A stretch of DNA of 64,000 nucleotides from an uncultured Gemmataceae bacterium (GTDB lineage: Bacteria; Planctomycetota; Planctomycetia; Gemmatales; Gemmataceae): NCBI GenBank assembly GCA_963750165.1, contig CAVVPN010000003.1, positions 3,168,001 to 3,232,000 of the forward strand, read 5' to 3'. Made by a program: the position numbers and the translations under genes. The notes below the pieces were generated by a model. The model saw nothing but the letters and a program-made list of their open reading frames with translations. It was not told the DNA's origin and ran no database searches. Each line of letters starts with the position of its first letter. Within the stretch, counting starts at the first letter, position 1. Of this stretch, positions 19,601 to 34,600 are shown piece by piece.

Positions 19601-22600
19601 GGGGCCTACATCGGCGGCAGCGATTTCGCCGTCTACAACCAGGGCGGCCAGACCGGCCTCTCGGCCTCCGTCGGCTCCCCCGGTGCCGGCCCGAACGTTG
19701 TGGCCAACCCCGGCTTCGAGACGGGCGACTTCACCGGCTGGACAACGGGCGGCGGCAACCCGACGCCGATGGTCTCCACCGCGGTAACGAATTCGGGCAC
19801 GTACTCCGCCGCACTGGGCAGTTTCCTCCCTTACCCGGCTTCGGAACCGCTGGGCGACAGCACCCTTTCCCAGGTGGTCAACGTGCCCGCTGCCAGCGAC
19901 GCCCCGGTTTTGACCTTCTGGACCAACGAGTACACGACGGACTCGATCTCCTACGACTGGCAGGACGCATACATCAAGGATGCGACGGGCACCACGCTGC
20001 TGGCCACCATCTTCCACGTCTGCCAAACCCAGGGCTGGACCCAGACCACCTTCAACATGGCGCCCTACGCCGGCATGACCGTGACCATTGAGTTCCTGGT
20101 CCACCAGGACGGCTTCGGCGACGACACCGGCATGTATGTCGATGATGTCTCCCTCGCAGGCACCATCATTCCCTACTACGCCACCACCCTGGTCGGCGCC
20201 ACCGCCACCAGCAACGTCAAGCTCACCAGCAACGATGTCATCCCGACGGGCGGCTTGACAGTCAACGCGCTCATCATCGCCGGCAACGGCATCACGGTCA
20301 CGGGTGCCCCGGGCAACAGCCTGACCATCGGCGACCAGACGCTCCTGGTCACCGGCGGCGCCGACGCCATCAACGCCCCGTTGAGCCTGGGCACGACCGG
20401 CACCACCGCTGTCATCGCCAACGCCGGGGCGACCGCCACCTTCAACGGCCCCATCAGCGGCTCCAGCCTCACCGTGATGGGCGGCACCACCGTGCTCAAC
20501 GCCGCCGACACCTACACCGGCGGCACCACGCTGGAGTCGGGCACACTTACCATCGGCAACCCCACTGGCCTGGGCACCGGGGCGCTGAACCTCGTCAATG
20601 GCACCGTCCAGTCCAGCGTCGCCACCACGGTCAGCAACGCCGTCAACCTGAACAACGCCGGCGGCACCAACGGCACCGTGACCCTCGGCGGCAGCGCGCC
20701 GCTGACCTTCAGCGGCCAGGTCAACCTGACCGGCGCCAATACGCTTGTCGCTTCCAACCCGGCCGGCACCAACTTCTCCGGGTCGCTCAGCGGCACCGGC
20801 TCGCTGACCCTGGTTGGCGGCGCCAGCGGCGGCACCGTGGGCCTGTCGGGGGACAACAGCGGCTACACCGGCACCGGCACGGGCATCACCCTGGCGGGCG
20901 GCACCCTGGTCCTGGGTTCCAACAACGCCCTGGGCGGCGCCACCAGCGCGGCCACCCTCAGCGGCGGCACCATCCTGGCCAGCACCGCGGTCACCCTGCC
21001 CGTGCCGATCCTCGTCAACGGCCCGGTGACGTTCGGCGGCAACAACGCCATCACCCTCAGCGGCCCCATCACCACGGCTGGCGCCGCGCTCACGGTCAAC
21101 AACAGCACCACGATCACCGGCGCCGTCACCGGCTCGCTGGAACTGGTGGGCGGCTCGGGCACGCTGGCGCTGGGCAACGCCGCCACGGTCAGTGGCGCCA
21201 CCACGGTGGCCGGCGGCACCCTGAGCGTGGGCAGCGCCGCCCCGCTCGGCACCGGCACGCTCTGGCTCTCCGGCGGCACCGTGCTGCCGACCGCCGCCGG
21301 TCTGACGTTCAGCAACCCCGTGCAACTCAGCGGTTCGCCGACCATCGGTGGTACCGTTGCCAACGCCGCCACCTTCAGCGGCCCCGTCACCCTGGCGGGC
21401 CCCACCACCCTCACGGTGGCCAACAGCGCCACCGTCACCGGCGCCATCAGCGGCGGGCCCACGGCGGGCCTGACCCTGGCCGGCGGCACCCTCAACCTGC
21501 AAGGCGCCAGCACCTTCACCGGCACCACCAACATCAGCGGCGGCAACCTCGTGCTCAATGGCGCCAACGGGGCGCTGACGGCGACCGCCGGCATCATCCT
21601 GAACCAGGGCGGCACCCTGACGCTGGACGACTCCGCCACCAATAACACCAGCCGCATCAACGCCACCGCCCCCATCACCGTCAACGGCGGCAACCTGGCC
21701 CTGATCGGCAACGGCACCGCTCTCACAGTGCAGCCGCTGGGGGTGGTCACGTTTAACAGCGGTCTTTCGACGATTTCGGTGAACACCACCGGCCCGGGCG
21801 CGGCGTTCAGCCCCGCCGACCTGAACCGCAATCAGGGGGCCACCATCAACCTCACCGGCAACAGCTGGGCAACCACTGCCACCGGGACCATCCTGCCCTA
21901 CGCCACGGTGAACGGCACCACCTGGGCGGTGCTGACATCCACCGGCGCTGCCGGCTTCACCGGCTACACGACCAGCCTGCCCACCGGCGGCGGCACCGGC
22001 ACCGAGAACGTCAAGCTGACCGGCGGCACCACCACGGTCACGCAGAACACCACGATCTTCTCGCTCGTCCTGGCCAACGGCGCCAACCTGACCATCAGCC
22101 CAGGCGTGACGCTGACCATCGTCAGCGGCGGCGTGCTGGTCACCGGTGGCAGCAGCACGGTCAGCGGCGGCATCCTGGCCCTGGGCAGCAACGCCACCAC
22201 GGATGGCGTCCTGATTACCGACGTTGCCACCACCAGCCTGACGATCAACAGCACCATCGCCGGCAGCGGCGGCCTGACGATCAGCGGCGCCGGCACGATC
22301 ACCCTGAACGCGGCCAACACCTACACCGGGGCGAACGCAGTCAACGGCGGCACGCTGATCCTCGGCAACGCCTCGGCCCTGAGCCTGGGCACCCTGACCC
22401 TGACCGCCGGCACCCTGCAAACCTCGGTCAGCGGCGGCCTGACCTTGCAGAACGGGGTTGTGCTGAACAACAGCAACGTCACCATCGGCGGCACCAACGC
22501 CATCACGTTCCAGCCGCCCGCCATCAGTTCCCTCAGCCCCGGCTGGACGATGTTCCAGGACGCCAACCCCGGCGGCACCGGCAACATTAAAGCCCAGTTC

Positions 22601-25600
22601 GGGATTGAGTCGGGCGTGGTCAACTCGGGGTCATATGCCGTCCTGCTCGGCAACACCGTGGGCAGCCAGGAACCGAACGGGTCCGCCTACCTCCAGCAGA
22701 CTGTGGCCGTGCCGGCCGGCACCCCACAGCTGACCTTCTGGACCAACAGAGGCACGACCGACAGTATCACCTTCGACTGGCAGGATGTGCAAATCCTGAG
22801 CCCCGCCGCCCCGCTCAGCATCGTCAGTGCCATCCAGTCGGGCACCACCGTCACCGTCACCACCTCGATACCCCACGGGTTCACCGTTGGGGAATCGGTC
22901 CTGATGGGGGGCATCAACTCAGGCACGGGCGACATCGGCCTCAACGGCACCTACACGATCACGTCCGTCCCCTCGCCCACGACCTTCACCTACGTCCAGC
23001 CGAATATCTCCGGCGCCAGCGGCACCGGCGGCACCGTGAGCCTGGTGCTGGCCACCATCTTCCACAACTGCGTGACCCAGGGGTGGACCCAGACCACGTT
23101 CGACATGACCCCCTTCGCGGGCCAGACCGTGATCCTGTCCTTCCTGACCCACGGGGATGGCTTCGGCGACACCACCTTCATGTACGTCGATGACATCTCC
23201 CTGACCGACGGGATGGGTGGCCCCAACGTCGTGGTCAACCCCGGCTTCGAGGCCCCGCCCACGGTGGTTGGCGGCTTCGCCCTGAACGGACTGAACAACA
23301 CGCTCACGGTCGGCAACGCCGCTGGCACGCCTCAGGTCGCCATCAACGGCGTGGTCTTCACCGAGTCCGGGGCGGTCGGCAACCTGATCAAGTCCGGCCC
23401 CGGCACGCTGGTCCTGAACAGCAGCGCCAACACCTACTCCGGCCAGACCGTCGTCAACCAGGGTGTGCTGCAGCTGAATAACACCACGGTCACGTCCGGC
23501 ATCGTCCCGTACACCTCGCCGCTGGGCAGCACCCTTACCGGCGCGCCCACGGTGGTCGCCAGCGGCGCCAGCCTGCAGCTCCTCGGCTCGGGCATGAACT
23601 TTTACAACCCGCTCGTCCTGAGCGGCAACGGCGTCAGCGGCAACGGCGCCCTGGAGAACCTGGCCGGCGGCAACAACACCTGGTCCGGCAATGTCATCTT
23701 GAACGGTAACGCCAGCATCGGCGCGGACGCGGGCACCACGCTGTCCCTTACCGCGGGCGTGCTCAACGGCCAGGCCTCCGGCGGCCTCAGCGGCACCGGC
23801 ACCCTGACCAAGGTGGGGAGCGGCACGCTGGCCGCCGCCAGCAGCAGCACCATCAACAACTTCGGCAGCACCGGCACGGGCTGGACGCTCAATGGCGGCG
23901 CCACCGTTTCTTCCAACATCCTCACGTTGACGGACAACGGCGGCAGCGAGGCCCGCTCCGCCTGGTACGATGTCCCGGTCAATACGGGCAGTTTCTCCGT
24001 CAGTTTCACGTACACCGTCGGGGGCAGCCTGGCGGCGGACGGTGCCGGCTTCGTCCTTCAAAGTCAAGGGCTTACCGCCCTGGGAGCGGGCGGCGGCAGC
24101 AAGGGCTACGACGGCATCACCTCCAGCGTGGGGCTGATGTTCAACATTTATACCGGCGGGGGTGGGCCGATCGGCGTCAGCCTCGTGACCGGCGGGTCCG
24201 GTGCCAGCAACAACACCGCGTACACCCCCAGCACCCCGGTGAATCTGGCCAGTGGCGACCCGATCAACGTCACCCTGACGTATGACGGCACCACGCTGGC
24301 GGTCAGGCTCGTGGACCAGACCACCAGCAGCGTCTTCACCATCAACTACCTGGTCAACATCCCGGGCCTGGTCGGCAGCACCGCCTACATGGGCTTCACC
24401 GGCGGCACCGGCGGCGCGGCGTCCATCCAGACGATCAGCAATTTCGCCTTCGTATCGACCACGCCATCCTCGACCCAGACGGTCGCCACCTCGGCACCTC
24501 CTTTCACCGGCAACGTCGTCGTCGGCAGCGGCATCCTCAACGTCCAGAGCGGCCAGGCCCTCGGCCAGGCCACCAGCGCGGGTGGCGGTTCGGTCACGGT
24601 CAACGCCGGCGCCACGCTCCAGTTGCAGGGCGGCATCACCGTCGCCGGCAAGAACGTGACGCTGGCCGGCACCGGCTTCGGCAACGTCGCCGGTCAGACG
24701 GCGGCCCTGCCGCAGGGCGCCCTGGTCAGCCTCTCCGGCACCAACCTCTGGACCGGGAACATCGCCCTGACGGGCACGGTGGGCCTGACCGGCGGCTCTC
24801 TGCCACTGCTGTCCGCGACCAGCACCGGCACCCTGATCGGCGCCGCCGGCGGTTCGACACTGCAAATCGCCGGCGTCGTCAGCGGCACCGACTTCACCAA
24901 GGTCGGCGCCGGCGCCGTGCAGCTGCTCGACGTCAACACCTACACCGGCGCCACCACGGTCCTGGGCGGCAACCTGACGCTGTCGAACAACAACACCGCG
25001 GCCGTGGGCACGGCGACGGTCGCTGGCTCGGCCGTCAGCGGCGTCACCAGCACCGTCAACGGCGTCACCTACACCAACTTCTCGGCCGGTTCGTTGACGC
25101 TCAACCAGTTCGGCACCCTGGGCAGCGCCGCCGTCGCCATCGACCAGAGCGGCCAGGTCACGATTGACGACACCGCCGTCAACCAGCATCGCTTCACCAA
25201 TGCCACGGCGCCGAGCGTGACCTTCAACTCCGGCAGCTTTACCTTCCAGGCGAACAACGGCCCGGGGGCCGTTACGGCCGAAACCCTGGGCGCGGTCACG
25301 CTCGCCAGCGGCCAATCGACCATCAACGCCGGCTACACCGCGGCCCCGGTCACGGGCGCCGGCGGTTCGACGCTGACCTTCGCCAGCCTGGTGCGCACCC
25401 CGGGAGCCACGGTTAACTTCGTCGGTGGCACGGTCTCCGGGGGCGTGCAGGCCTCGCCGCTGGGCGTGATGACCAACGGCGCGCTCAACCAACTCGTCGT
25501 CACCACCGCCCCGACGACGGTGGGTAACGGCGGCGGCATCCTGCCCTACGCCGAGGTCAACGGCGGCACCGGCAGCGGCGACTTCGCCACCTACGGCACC

Positions 25601-28600
25601 AACGGCGTGACCGCCTACACCAACTACGTCACCAGTCTCGCCACCGCAGTCGCGGGCGACATCGTCAAGCTCACGGCCAGCGCGACGGTGGCCGCCAACC
25701 AGACCATCGGCGCCCTGCTCCTGAGCGCCGGCGCCGCCCTGCAGGTCACCGTCAACGCGGGCGTCACCCTGACGCTGAGCACCGGGGCGTTCATGGCCAC
25801 CGGCAGCGGCGGCCAGGCCCAGATTGGCAACGCCTACGTGGCCAACGCGCCGCAGGGCACCCTCGCCTTCGGCACTGCCGAGGGCGTGTTCTTCGCCAAC
25901 AACTCGGCCGGCAATACGAACATCGACACGTTCATCACGGGTAGCGGCGGCGTCACCCTCGGCGGCGCGAACCCCCTGACCTGGAACGTCGGCGCCAGCG
26001 CCTACACCGGCACGACCACGCTCAACGCCGGCACCCTCATCGCCCTGAACGGCGGCTCGTTCGGCGGCGGCACGTTCACCTTCACGGGCGGCACGTTCAG
26101 CCCGAACAACCCGAACGTGGTCATCGGCAACCCCGTCAACCTTAACGGCTACATCACGTTCGCCGCCAACGCGACGGCCCTGGCGGCGCCGGTCACGCTG
26201 ACGACCAACGCCGTCCTCAACGACACGGTGGCCCTCACTGTCACCGGGGTCGTCGGCGAGACCGGCGGCAGCAAGACGCTGGCTGTCGTTGGCGGCAGCA
26301 CCGTGTCCCTGGACAGCGCCAACACCTACAGCGGCGGCACGAGCCTGGTCGCCGGCACGCTGTCCCTGCTGAACAACGCCGCCCTGGGTACCGGGGCCCT
26401 CACGTTCCTGGGCGGCGCCCTGACCGCCGCCATCCCCTTGAACAACATCGCCAACACCATCAACCTGCCGAACACGACGGCCACCATCAGCGGCGCCAAC
26501 AACATCACCTTCACCGGCGGCGTCAACCTGACGGGCGTCGGCACCATCGCGGCCAGCAACCTTGGCCAGACGACGTTCTCCGGCGTCATCGCCGGCAGCG
26601 GCGTCCTGGCCAACGCCGGCACCGCCGGCACCCTGGCGCTGACCGGCGCCAACACCTTCAGCGGCGGCAGCTACCTCAGCGCCGGCACGCTGCTCCTCGG
26701 CAACAACGCCGCCCTGGGCACCGGCACCGCGACCATCAGCGCCGGCACCTTCCTGGCCACCAGCGCCCTGACCATCGCCAACCCCCTGACCTTCACCGGC
26801 AGCGCGACCTTCGCCGGCACCAACCCGCTCACGTTCAGCGGCAACGTGACCTTGCTCGCCAGCCCGACCCTGACCGTCAACAACGCGACGACCTTCTCCG
26901 GCCTGATCAGCGAAGGCGCCGGCTCCCGCAGCCTGACGTTCCAGGGCATCGGCACGCTGACGGTCAGCAACAGCGGCAACTCCTACTCGGGCGGCAGCAC
27001 GCTGAACATGGCGGCGGGCGGCGACGCACTCGGCACCCTGGTCGCCGGCGCGGCCTACGTGTTCGGCACCGGCGTCTTGACCCTGACCGCCGGCAATTTC
27101 CAGGTCGGCGGCACCTTCGCCGTCGCCACCCCCTTCATCTTCGGCACCGGCGGCCTGGTGGTCTTCAACGGCACCAACCCGATCACCTTCCAGAGCATCG
27201 AGCCCGACAGCCTGACCAACGCCACCCCGTCGGGGGTGATCGTCAACACGCCGACGACGATCGGCACCGCCCTCAGCGGCAGCGGCGGCCTGATCCTGCT
27301 GGGCGGCACCAGCACCCTGTCGCTGACGGGCGCCAACACCTACAGCGGGCCGACCATCGTGAGCGGCGGCACCCTGTCCCTGACGGGGGCCAACGGTGCG
27401 CTGGCTGCGTCCGCCGTCACGGTCAACACCGGCGGCACACTGCTGCTGGACAACACCGCCTTCAACAACAACAGCCGCCTCAACGTGGCCACCACGCTCA
27501 GCGGCGGCACCCTGTCGGTGCGCGGCACCGACGTGGCCAGCACCGACACCACCGAGGCGCTCGGCGGCCTGACCCTGGCGGCCGGCACTTCGACCATCCT
27601 GCTCACCAAGGGCGCCGGCGGCAACGTGACCCTGGCCGGCACCACCCTGACGCGCAACAACGGCTCCGGCGGCATCCTCAACGTGACCACCGGCGGCGGC
27701 GGCGTCCTGGGCACCAGCGCCCAGCTGACCTTCGCGACCGCGCCGACCACCACACCTGCTACCGGCACCTCGGCGCTGCTGCCCTACGCTACCGTCGCCG
27801 GCACCGAGTTGGCCACCTATGGCACGAATGGCCTGGTGAGCTACACCGTCGGCGGCGGCACCTACGACACCTCCATCGCCGGCATTGCCGCCGCCACGGA
27901 CAACCTGAAGCTCTCGGCCAACGACGCGGTCACCGCCTCCACCACGGTGAACTCGCTGACCGTCACGGGCACCGTCACGCTGACCATCGCCCCCGGCCAA
28001 ACCCTCACGATCACCAGCGGCGCGATCTTCCTGGCCGCGGGTGCGTTGTTCACCGTTACCGGCGGCGGTCTGTTGGTCTTCCCCGGCGACGCCATCATCG
28101 ACACCGCCAACGCCGCCGCCACCTTCACCGCCGCCGCCGGCACCGCCCTGAGCGGCAGCAACCTGACGCTGGCCGGCCCCGGCACCGTCACGTTCAACAC
28201 CGCCAACGCCCTCGGTGCGGGCCAGACCACCCTGGCCGGCGTCACCCTCAACCTGCCCACCAGCGCCGCGCTGGGCACCGGCACCATCACGCTGGTCAGC
28301 GGCACCGTGCAGACGACCAACACCGCCGGCGTCCAGCTGGCCAACACCCTGAGCTTCGACAACGCCAACGTGACCCTCGCCGGCAGCAATCCGCTGCTGT
28401 TCGGCGGCGGCGGCGCGACGCTGGCCACCGGCACCAACAACACCATCAACGTCACCAACACGGCGGTGACGAACATCAACAACGCCATCGGCGGCGCCGG
28501 CCTGCTGACCAAGACGGGGGCCGGCACGCTCATCCTGTCCGGCACCAGCAGCTACAGCGGCCAGACCTTCATTAACCAGGGCGTCGTGCAGCTGCAGAAC

Positions 28601-31600
28601 AGCAGCGGCCTGGGCAGCGCTACCCCCGCCGTGGTGGTGCAGAGCGGCGCCGCCCTCCAGCTCTACGGCAACGGCCTGAGCATCAGCAAGCCGCTCGTGC
28701 TCAACGGCACCGGCATCAACAGCGGCGGTGCCCTCGAGAACCTGCGCATCGGCGGCGGCTTCGCCAACACCTGGGCGGGCGGCATCAACTTCCAGAGCGA
28801 CAGCAGCATCGGCGTGGACGTGGGTACGACGCTGACCGTCAGCGGCGCCCTCGGCGGCACCGGTAGCAACGCCAACTTCACCAAGGTCGGGCAGGGCCAG
28901 CTGACCTCCACCGTTGCCGGCACCTACACCGGCAACACCACGATCACCGACGGCGTCTTCAACGTCCAGAACAGCGCCGGCCTCGGCCTCATCACGGGCA
29001 GCGTCACGGTCAACGGCGGCACGTTGCAGTTGCAGGCCAGCATCGCCGGCAAGGCCCTGACGCTGAACGGCAACGGCTTCGGCAACGTCGGCGCGCTGCC
29101 GCAGGGCGCCCTCGTCGCCCAGAGCGGCAGCGTCACCTGGAGCGGCAACGTCACGCTGAACACCGGCACCTCGGTCGCCGCGGCCAGCGGCCAGACCCTG
29201 ACGCTCAGCGGCGTCGTCAGCGGCACCGACCTGACCAAGAACGGCGCCGGCGCCGTCGTGCTGACCAACGCCAACACCTTCACCGGCAACGTGACCGTCA
29301 ACGCCGGCGCCCTGACCTTGGCCAACGCCAACGTCTACACCGGCGCCACCACGGTCAGTGGCTCGGCCATCGGCGGCAGTTTCGTCGGCGGCACGCTCAC
29401 CCTGAACCTGTTCGGCTCGGCCCCCAGCACCAGCGGCATCACGGTCAACCCGGGCAGTACGATGACAGTGGACGGCTCGCTCGCCAACGTCGCGAACCGC
29501 CTCGCCGGCGCCGCGGCCGTCACCCTGAAAGAAGCCGCCTTCACCTACCTGGCCACCGGCGTGGTCGGCGTCACCACGAATCAGACGCTCGGCGCGCTGA
29601 CGCTGGCCGGCGGCCAATCGACCGTCACCGTGGGCTACATCGGGTCGCCGCCCGCGGGCACCGGCGGCTTGACCATGACCTTCCCGTCCCTGACGCGGGC
29701 CCCGGGCGCCACGGCCAACTTCATCGGCGGCACCGGCAACCTGTCGCCGCTCGGCGTGGCGACCAACGGCGTGTTCAACAAGGTCCTGTTCGGCACCAGC
29801 GGCGGCTCCTACAACGACGGCGGCCTGACCTCTGTCAACGGCACGGCCGGAACCTTCACGGCCAACAAGCTGCAGTATTTCGGCACCGGCACCGCCGGCG
29901 TGGCGAACATCGCGCCGGCGCTGGAGATCGGCGGCGGCGCCAACACTGGCGACTTCGCCAGCTACACCGCCAACGGCCTCACGGCGTTCAGCACCTACTT
30001 CACCCAGACCTTCGCGTCCAGCGGCACCCTCGTCTCGACCGCGCCGACCGACATCGTCAAGCTCGTTTCCAACGGTGGCGGCACCAGCGTGACGCTAACC
30101 GCCCTGCCCAACCAGGCGTTCGGCGCCCTGCTCATCCAGAACCTGACCACCGCCAACCCGGGCGTGCAGCTCAATACCACTGGCTCGTTCACCGTCAATT
30201 CCGGGGCCTACCTGACCCTGGGCAACGGCGCCGCCTCCTCGATCAACATCCAGGCCTCGTCCGCGGCCAGCCCGATCGTGCTGCCAGTCGAGACCGACTT
30301 CTTCTACAACTCCTCGGGCGGCAACACGAACTTCACGGGCCCAATCATCGGCCCCGGCACCCTGGTGCTGGCGGGCAACAACAACATCTACTTCGGCAGC
30401 GGCGTCGTCAACAGCTACAGCGGCGGCACCTACATCAGCTCCGGCACCGTTATCGACCAGGGCAGCGGCAACTTCGGCACCGGCGCCATCACCTTTAACG
30501 GCGGCGCCCTGCAGGGCAACAACGGCAACCAGACGTTCAGCAACGCCGTGAACCTCTCCGGCTCGATCAACTTCACCAACGCCACCGTCGTCTTCACCGG
30601 CCCGACCACGTTGACCGCCACCACGTACCTGACCCTCAATAACAACGTCTTCTTCAACGGCGTCGTCGGCGGGCCCGGGGCGCTGGTCATCGCCGCCGGC
30701 GGGGCCACGGCGATCCTGAACAACGCCAACACCTACACCGGCGGCACCATCCTGACCGCCGCGAACCTCCAGATCAGCAACAACAACGCCCTGGGCACCG
30801 GTCTCTTGACGCTCGTCGGCGGCACCATCAACCCCAACTTCAGCAACGGCGACAACATCGCCACCGTCGTGCCCAACAACATCCTGTTGCCGAACGGTTC
30901 GGTCACGCTGAACACCGGCATCGGCGGCCAGGGCACCAACCTGACCTTCACCGGCAACGTCACCGTCGTCGGCACCGACACCCTCGCCATCGCCAACGCC
31001 GGCCAGACCTCCTTCACCGGCACCGTCAGCGGCTCGGGCGTTATCGTCCTGAACAATGCCGCGGGCGTCGTGCAGTTCAGCGGCAACAACACCGGCTGGA
31101 CGGGCGGCCTGACCATGTCCGCCGGCACGCTGCTGGTGCCCAACGCCAACAGCCTGGGCACCGGGCCACTGGCGCTCTCCGGCGGCACCCTCCTCGCCAA
31201 CGGCGCCACGCCACTGACGCTGGCACAGCCGCTGATCCTGAACGGCGGCACCGTCACGCTGGGCGGCGAAAACGCCTTCACGTTCACCGGCCTGACGGCC
31301 ATGCTGAACAGCACCACGCTCAACGTCACCGACACCGCCGGGGCCACGCTGGCCGGCATCATCACCGACGACAACGGCGCCCGCGCGGTCACGTTCACCG
31401 GCACCGGCACGCTGACGCTGCCCAACGCCAACAACTACGCGGGCGGCACCGTCCTTAGCGCCGGCGGCGCCACCGGCGCCGGCACCCTGGTGCTGGGCAA
31501 CGGTACCACCCGGGGCGTCAGCGCCGTCCAGACCCTCACCCTCAGCGGCGCCACGGGCGGCACCTTCACCCTGACCTTCAATGGCCAGACCACCGCCCCC

Positions 31601-34600
31601 ATCGCCTACAGCGCGACCGCGGCCACGCTGGTGACCAACATCCAGAACGCCCTGAATGCGTTGTCGTCCATCGGCCTGACGGGCGGCATGCCCAACGCCC
31701 TGGTGGCCGCGGGCACCACGGCCGGCACCTTCACGATCACGTTCCAGAACGCCCTGGCCGCCACCGCCGTGCCGACGCTGCTGGCCAACGGCGATGGCCT
31801 GACCGGCACCACCCCGACGGCTGCCGTCACCGTCACGACCCCCGGCGTGGCCGTCTTCAACAGCTCGCTGGGCACCGGTACGATCACGCTGACGGCTGGC
31901 GTCCTCCAGACCTCCGCCCCGTTGCGGTTGAACAACACGATCTCGGCCACCGCCAGCTTCGTCGCCTTCACCGGGAGTGCCCTGACCCTGGCCGGTTCGC
32001 TCGGCATTAACAGCGCCAGCACCTTCCTGCTGACGAACACCGTCTTCGTCAACGGCACCACCACCGGCACCGCGTTGACGCTGACCAACCAACCGCTGCC
32101 GGCCGGCAACGCCACCCTGACCAACACCGGCACCCTGGCCATCCAGAACACCGACTCCGCCGGCCCGATCACCGTCAACGCCGGCACGCTGGTCGTCGGC
32201 GGCAACGGCGCGCTGACGGGGGCCGCCAACACGAACGCGGCGCAGACCATCACTTTCGGCGGGACCAACACCATTGGCGGCATGTTCACCCTGACCGTCC
32301 TGGGCCGCACCACGGCGCCCATCTCCTGGGACTCGACCACCGCCAACCTGCAAGCCAACATCCAGACCGCCCTCGACACCCTGCTCGGCGCCGGCACCAC
32401 TGTGGTTTCCAACTCCGCCAACCCCACCGTCACATTCCAGGGCGTCCTGGGGGGCCAGCCCATCCCCTTGATGACCGCCAGCGGCGTCGGCCTGACCGGC
32501 ACCAACCCGACCGTGACGGTCACCAACACCACCAACGGCGCCTCGGCCATCACCATCAACACCGGAGGCACGCTGGTCCTGGACAACTCCAGCACCAACA
32601 ACGCCAACCGCGTCAGCGACACGGCCAACATCCTGCTCAATGGCGGCATGCTCATCTACCTGGGCAACGGCACCGCCGCCTCGACCGAGACGGTGGGGAA
32701 CCTGAACCTCGGCGCCGGCAACTCGACGGTCAACGTCGTCCCTGGCTCGGGTCAGGCCGCCACGCTCACCTTCAACAACCTCGGCAACCGCCTGCCGGGC
32801 GGCCTGGTCAACTTCAACGGCGCCAACCTGGGCGGCTTCACCGGCACGAACAGCCAGATCGTCTTCACGAACGCGCCGACGCTGGTCAACGGCATCCTGC
32901 CCTACGCGCTGGTCAACGGAAGCGACTTCGCCACCATCGGCGGCAGTGGCATGACCATCCAGGCCCTCAGCGCCACCAGCCCCAACAGCAGTAACTTCGC
33001 CACCTCGTTGCCGACGGACGGCACGGCGGTGGCCACGGTGAACTACAAGCTGACCGACCCCGGCACGCTCACCCTGACGGGCGCCACCGCCATCAACGGC
33101 CTGCTGATCGTCGGCGCCACAATGCCGACCGTGCTGAACCAGGGGGGCAACAGCCTGACGCTCGACACCCTGGCCTTCAGTGGTACGCAGGCCGCGACGA
33201 TCTCGGGCGGCAGCATCGCCCTGGGCATGACCGAGGGCGTCTTCATGACCGCCCCCGGCGCCACCGCGACCCTGTCCAGCAACGTCACCGGCAGCGGCGG
33301 CCTGACCGTCGGCGGCGCCGGCACGCTCACCCTGAGCGGCACCAACACCTACACCAACAGCAGTTCCAGCCAGACCCTGAACATCATCGGCGCGCCCACC
33401 GCCGGCACGTTCACGCTAACCTTCAACGGCCAGACCACGACCGCCCTGAACTACAACGCCCTGGCGAGCGACATCCAGAACGCCCTGCAGGCGCTGCCGA
33501 ACATCGGCAGCGGCAACGTGCTGGTCACGGGCACCAACCCCGGCCCCTTCACGGTCACCTTCACCGGCGCCCTGGCGGCCACGCCGCTGGCGACGCTGGC
33601 ACTGGGCACCAATAGCCTCACCGGCGGCACCACCCCCACCGTCCTCGTGGAGGTGGCGACCGCCGGCCTGGTTGCCACCACGTTGGCGGGCGGCACCCTG
33701 GTCCTGGGCGGCACCAACGCCCTGGCCGCGGGCGGTTTGCAGGCCATCGCCGGCACCCTCCAGGGCGGCATCGCCCCAACCACGGCGCCGCTGACGCTGA
33801 CCAATTCGCTGCTGCTCAGCACCAGCACCGTCACCTTCGGCGGCACCCACCCGTTCGTGGTGACCGGCGGCGTCACGCTGAACGGCATCAACAACCTGCT
33901 CACCGTCAACACCAACACGACCTTCGCGGGCCAGGTCAGCAACGGCATCACGGCGGCCACTCTGACCAAGCAGGGCACCGCCACGCTGTACCTGACCAGC
34001 AACGTCAATAACTTCACCGGCCAGACGACAGTCGCCAGCGGTTACCTCAACGTCCAGGCCGCCAACGCCCTGGGCACCAGTTCCGCCGTGACGGTCGCCA
34101 GCGGCGCCGCGCTCCAGCTGCAAGCCTCGCTCAACGCCAACGGCAGCTTCACCTTCTCCCGGGCCCTGACGCTCTACGGCAACGGCCCGACCGGCAACGG
34201 CGCCCTGGAGAGCGTGCTCGGCACCAACGTCGTCTCGGGCACCATCACCCTGAACACCGCCGCGACCATCGGCGTCACCTCCGGCGCCCTGACCCAGACT
34301 GGCGTCATCAGCGGGCCCGGCGACCTGACCAAAGCCGGTGGCGGCACCTTCAACATGACCGCCGCCAACAGCTACACCGGCAACACGATCCTGGCCAACG
34401 GCATCACCACCGTGGCCACGAACGCCTTCGTCCTTGGCGCGAGCACCGGCAACGCGGTCGTCAACAGCGGCGCCACACTGGCCATCGTCAACGGCTCGGG
34501 CGGCATCTTCGCCGCCAAGACGCTGATCCTCAACGGCACCGGCTACGCCGGCTACAACCTCGCCGGCGCCCTGGTCAGCACCACCGTGAACGCCACGCAG

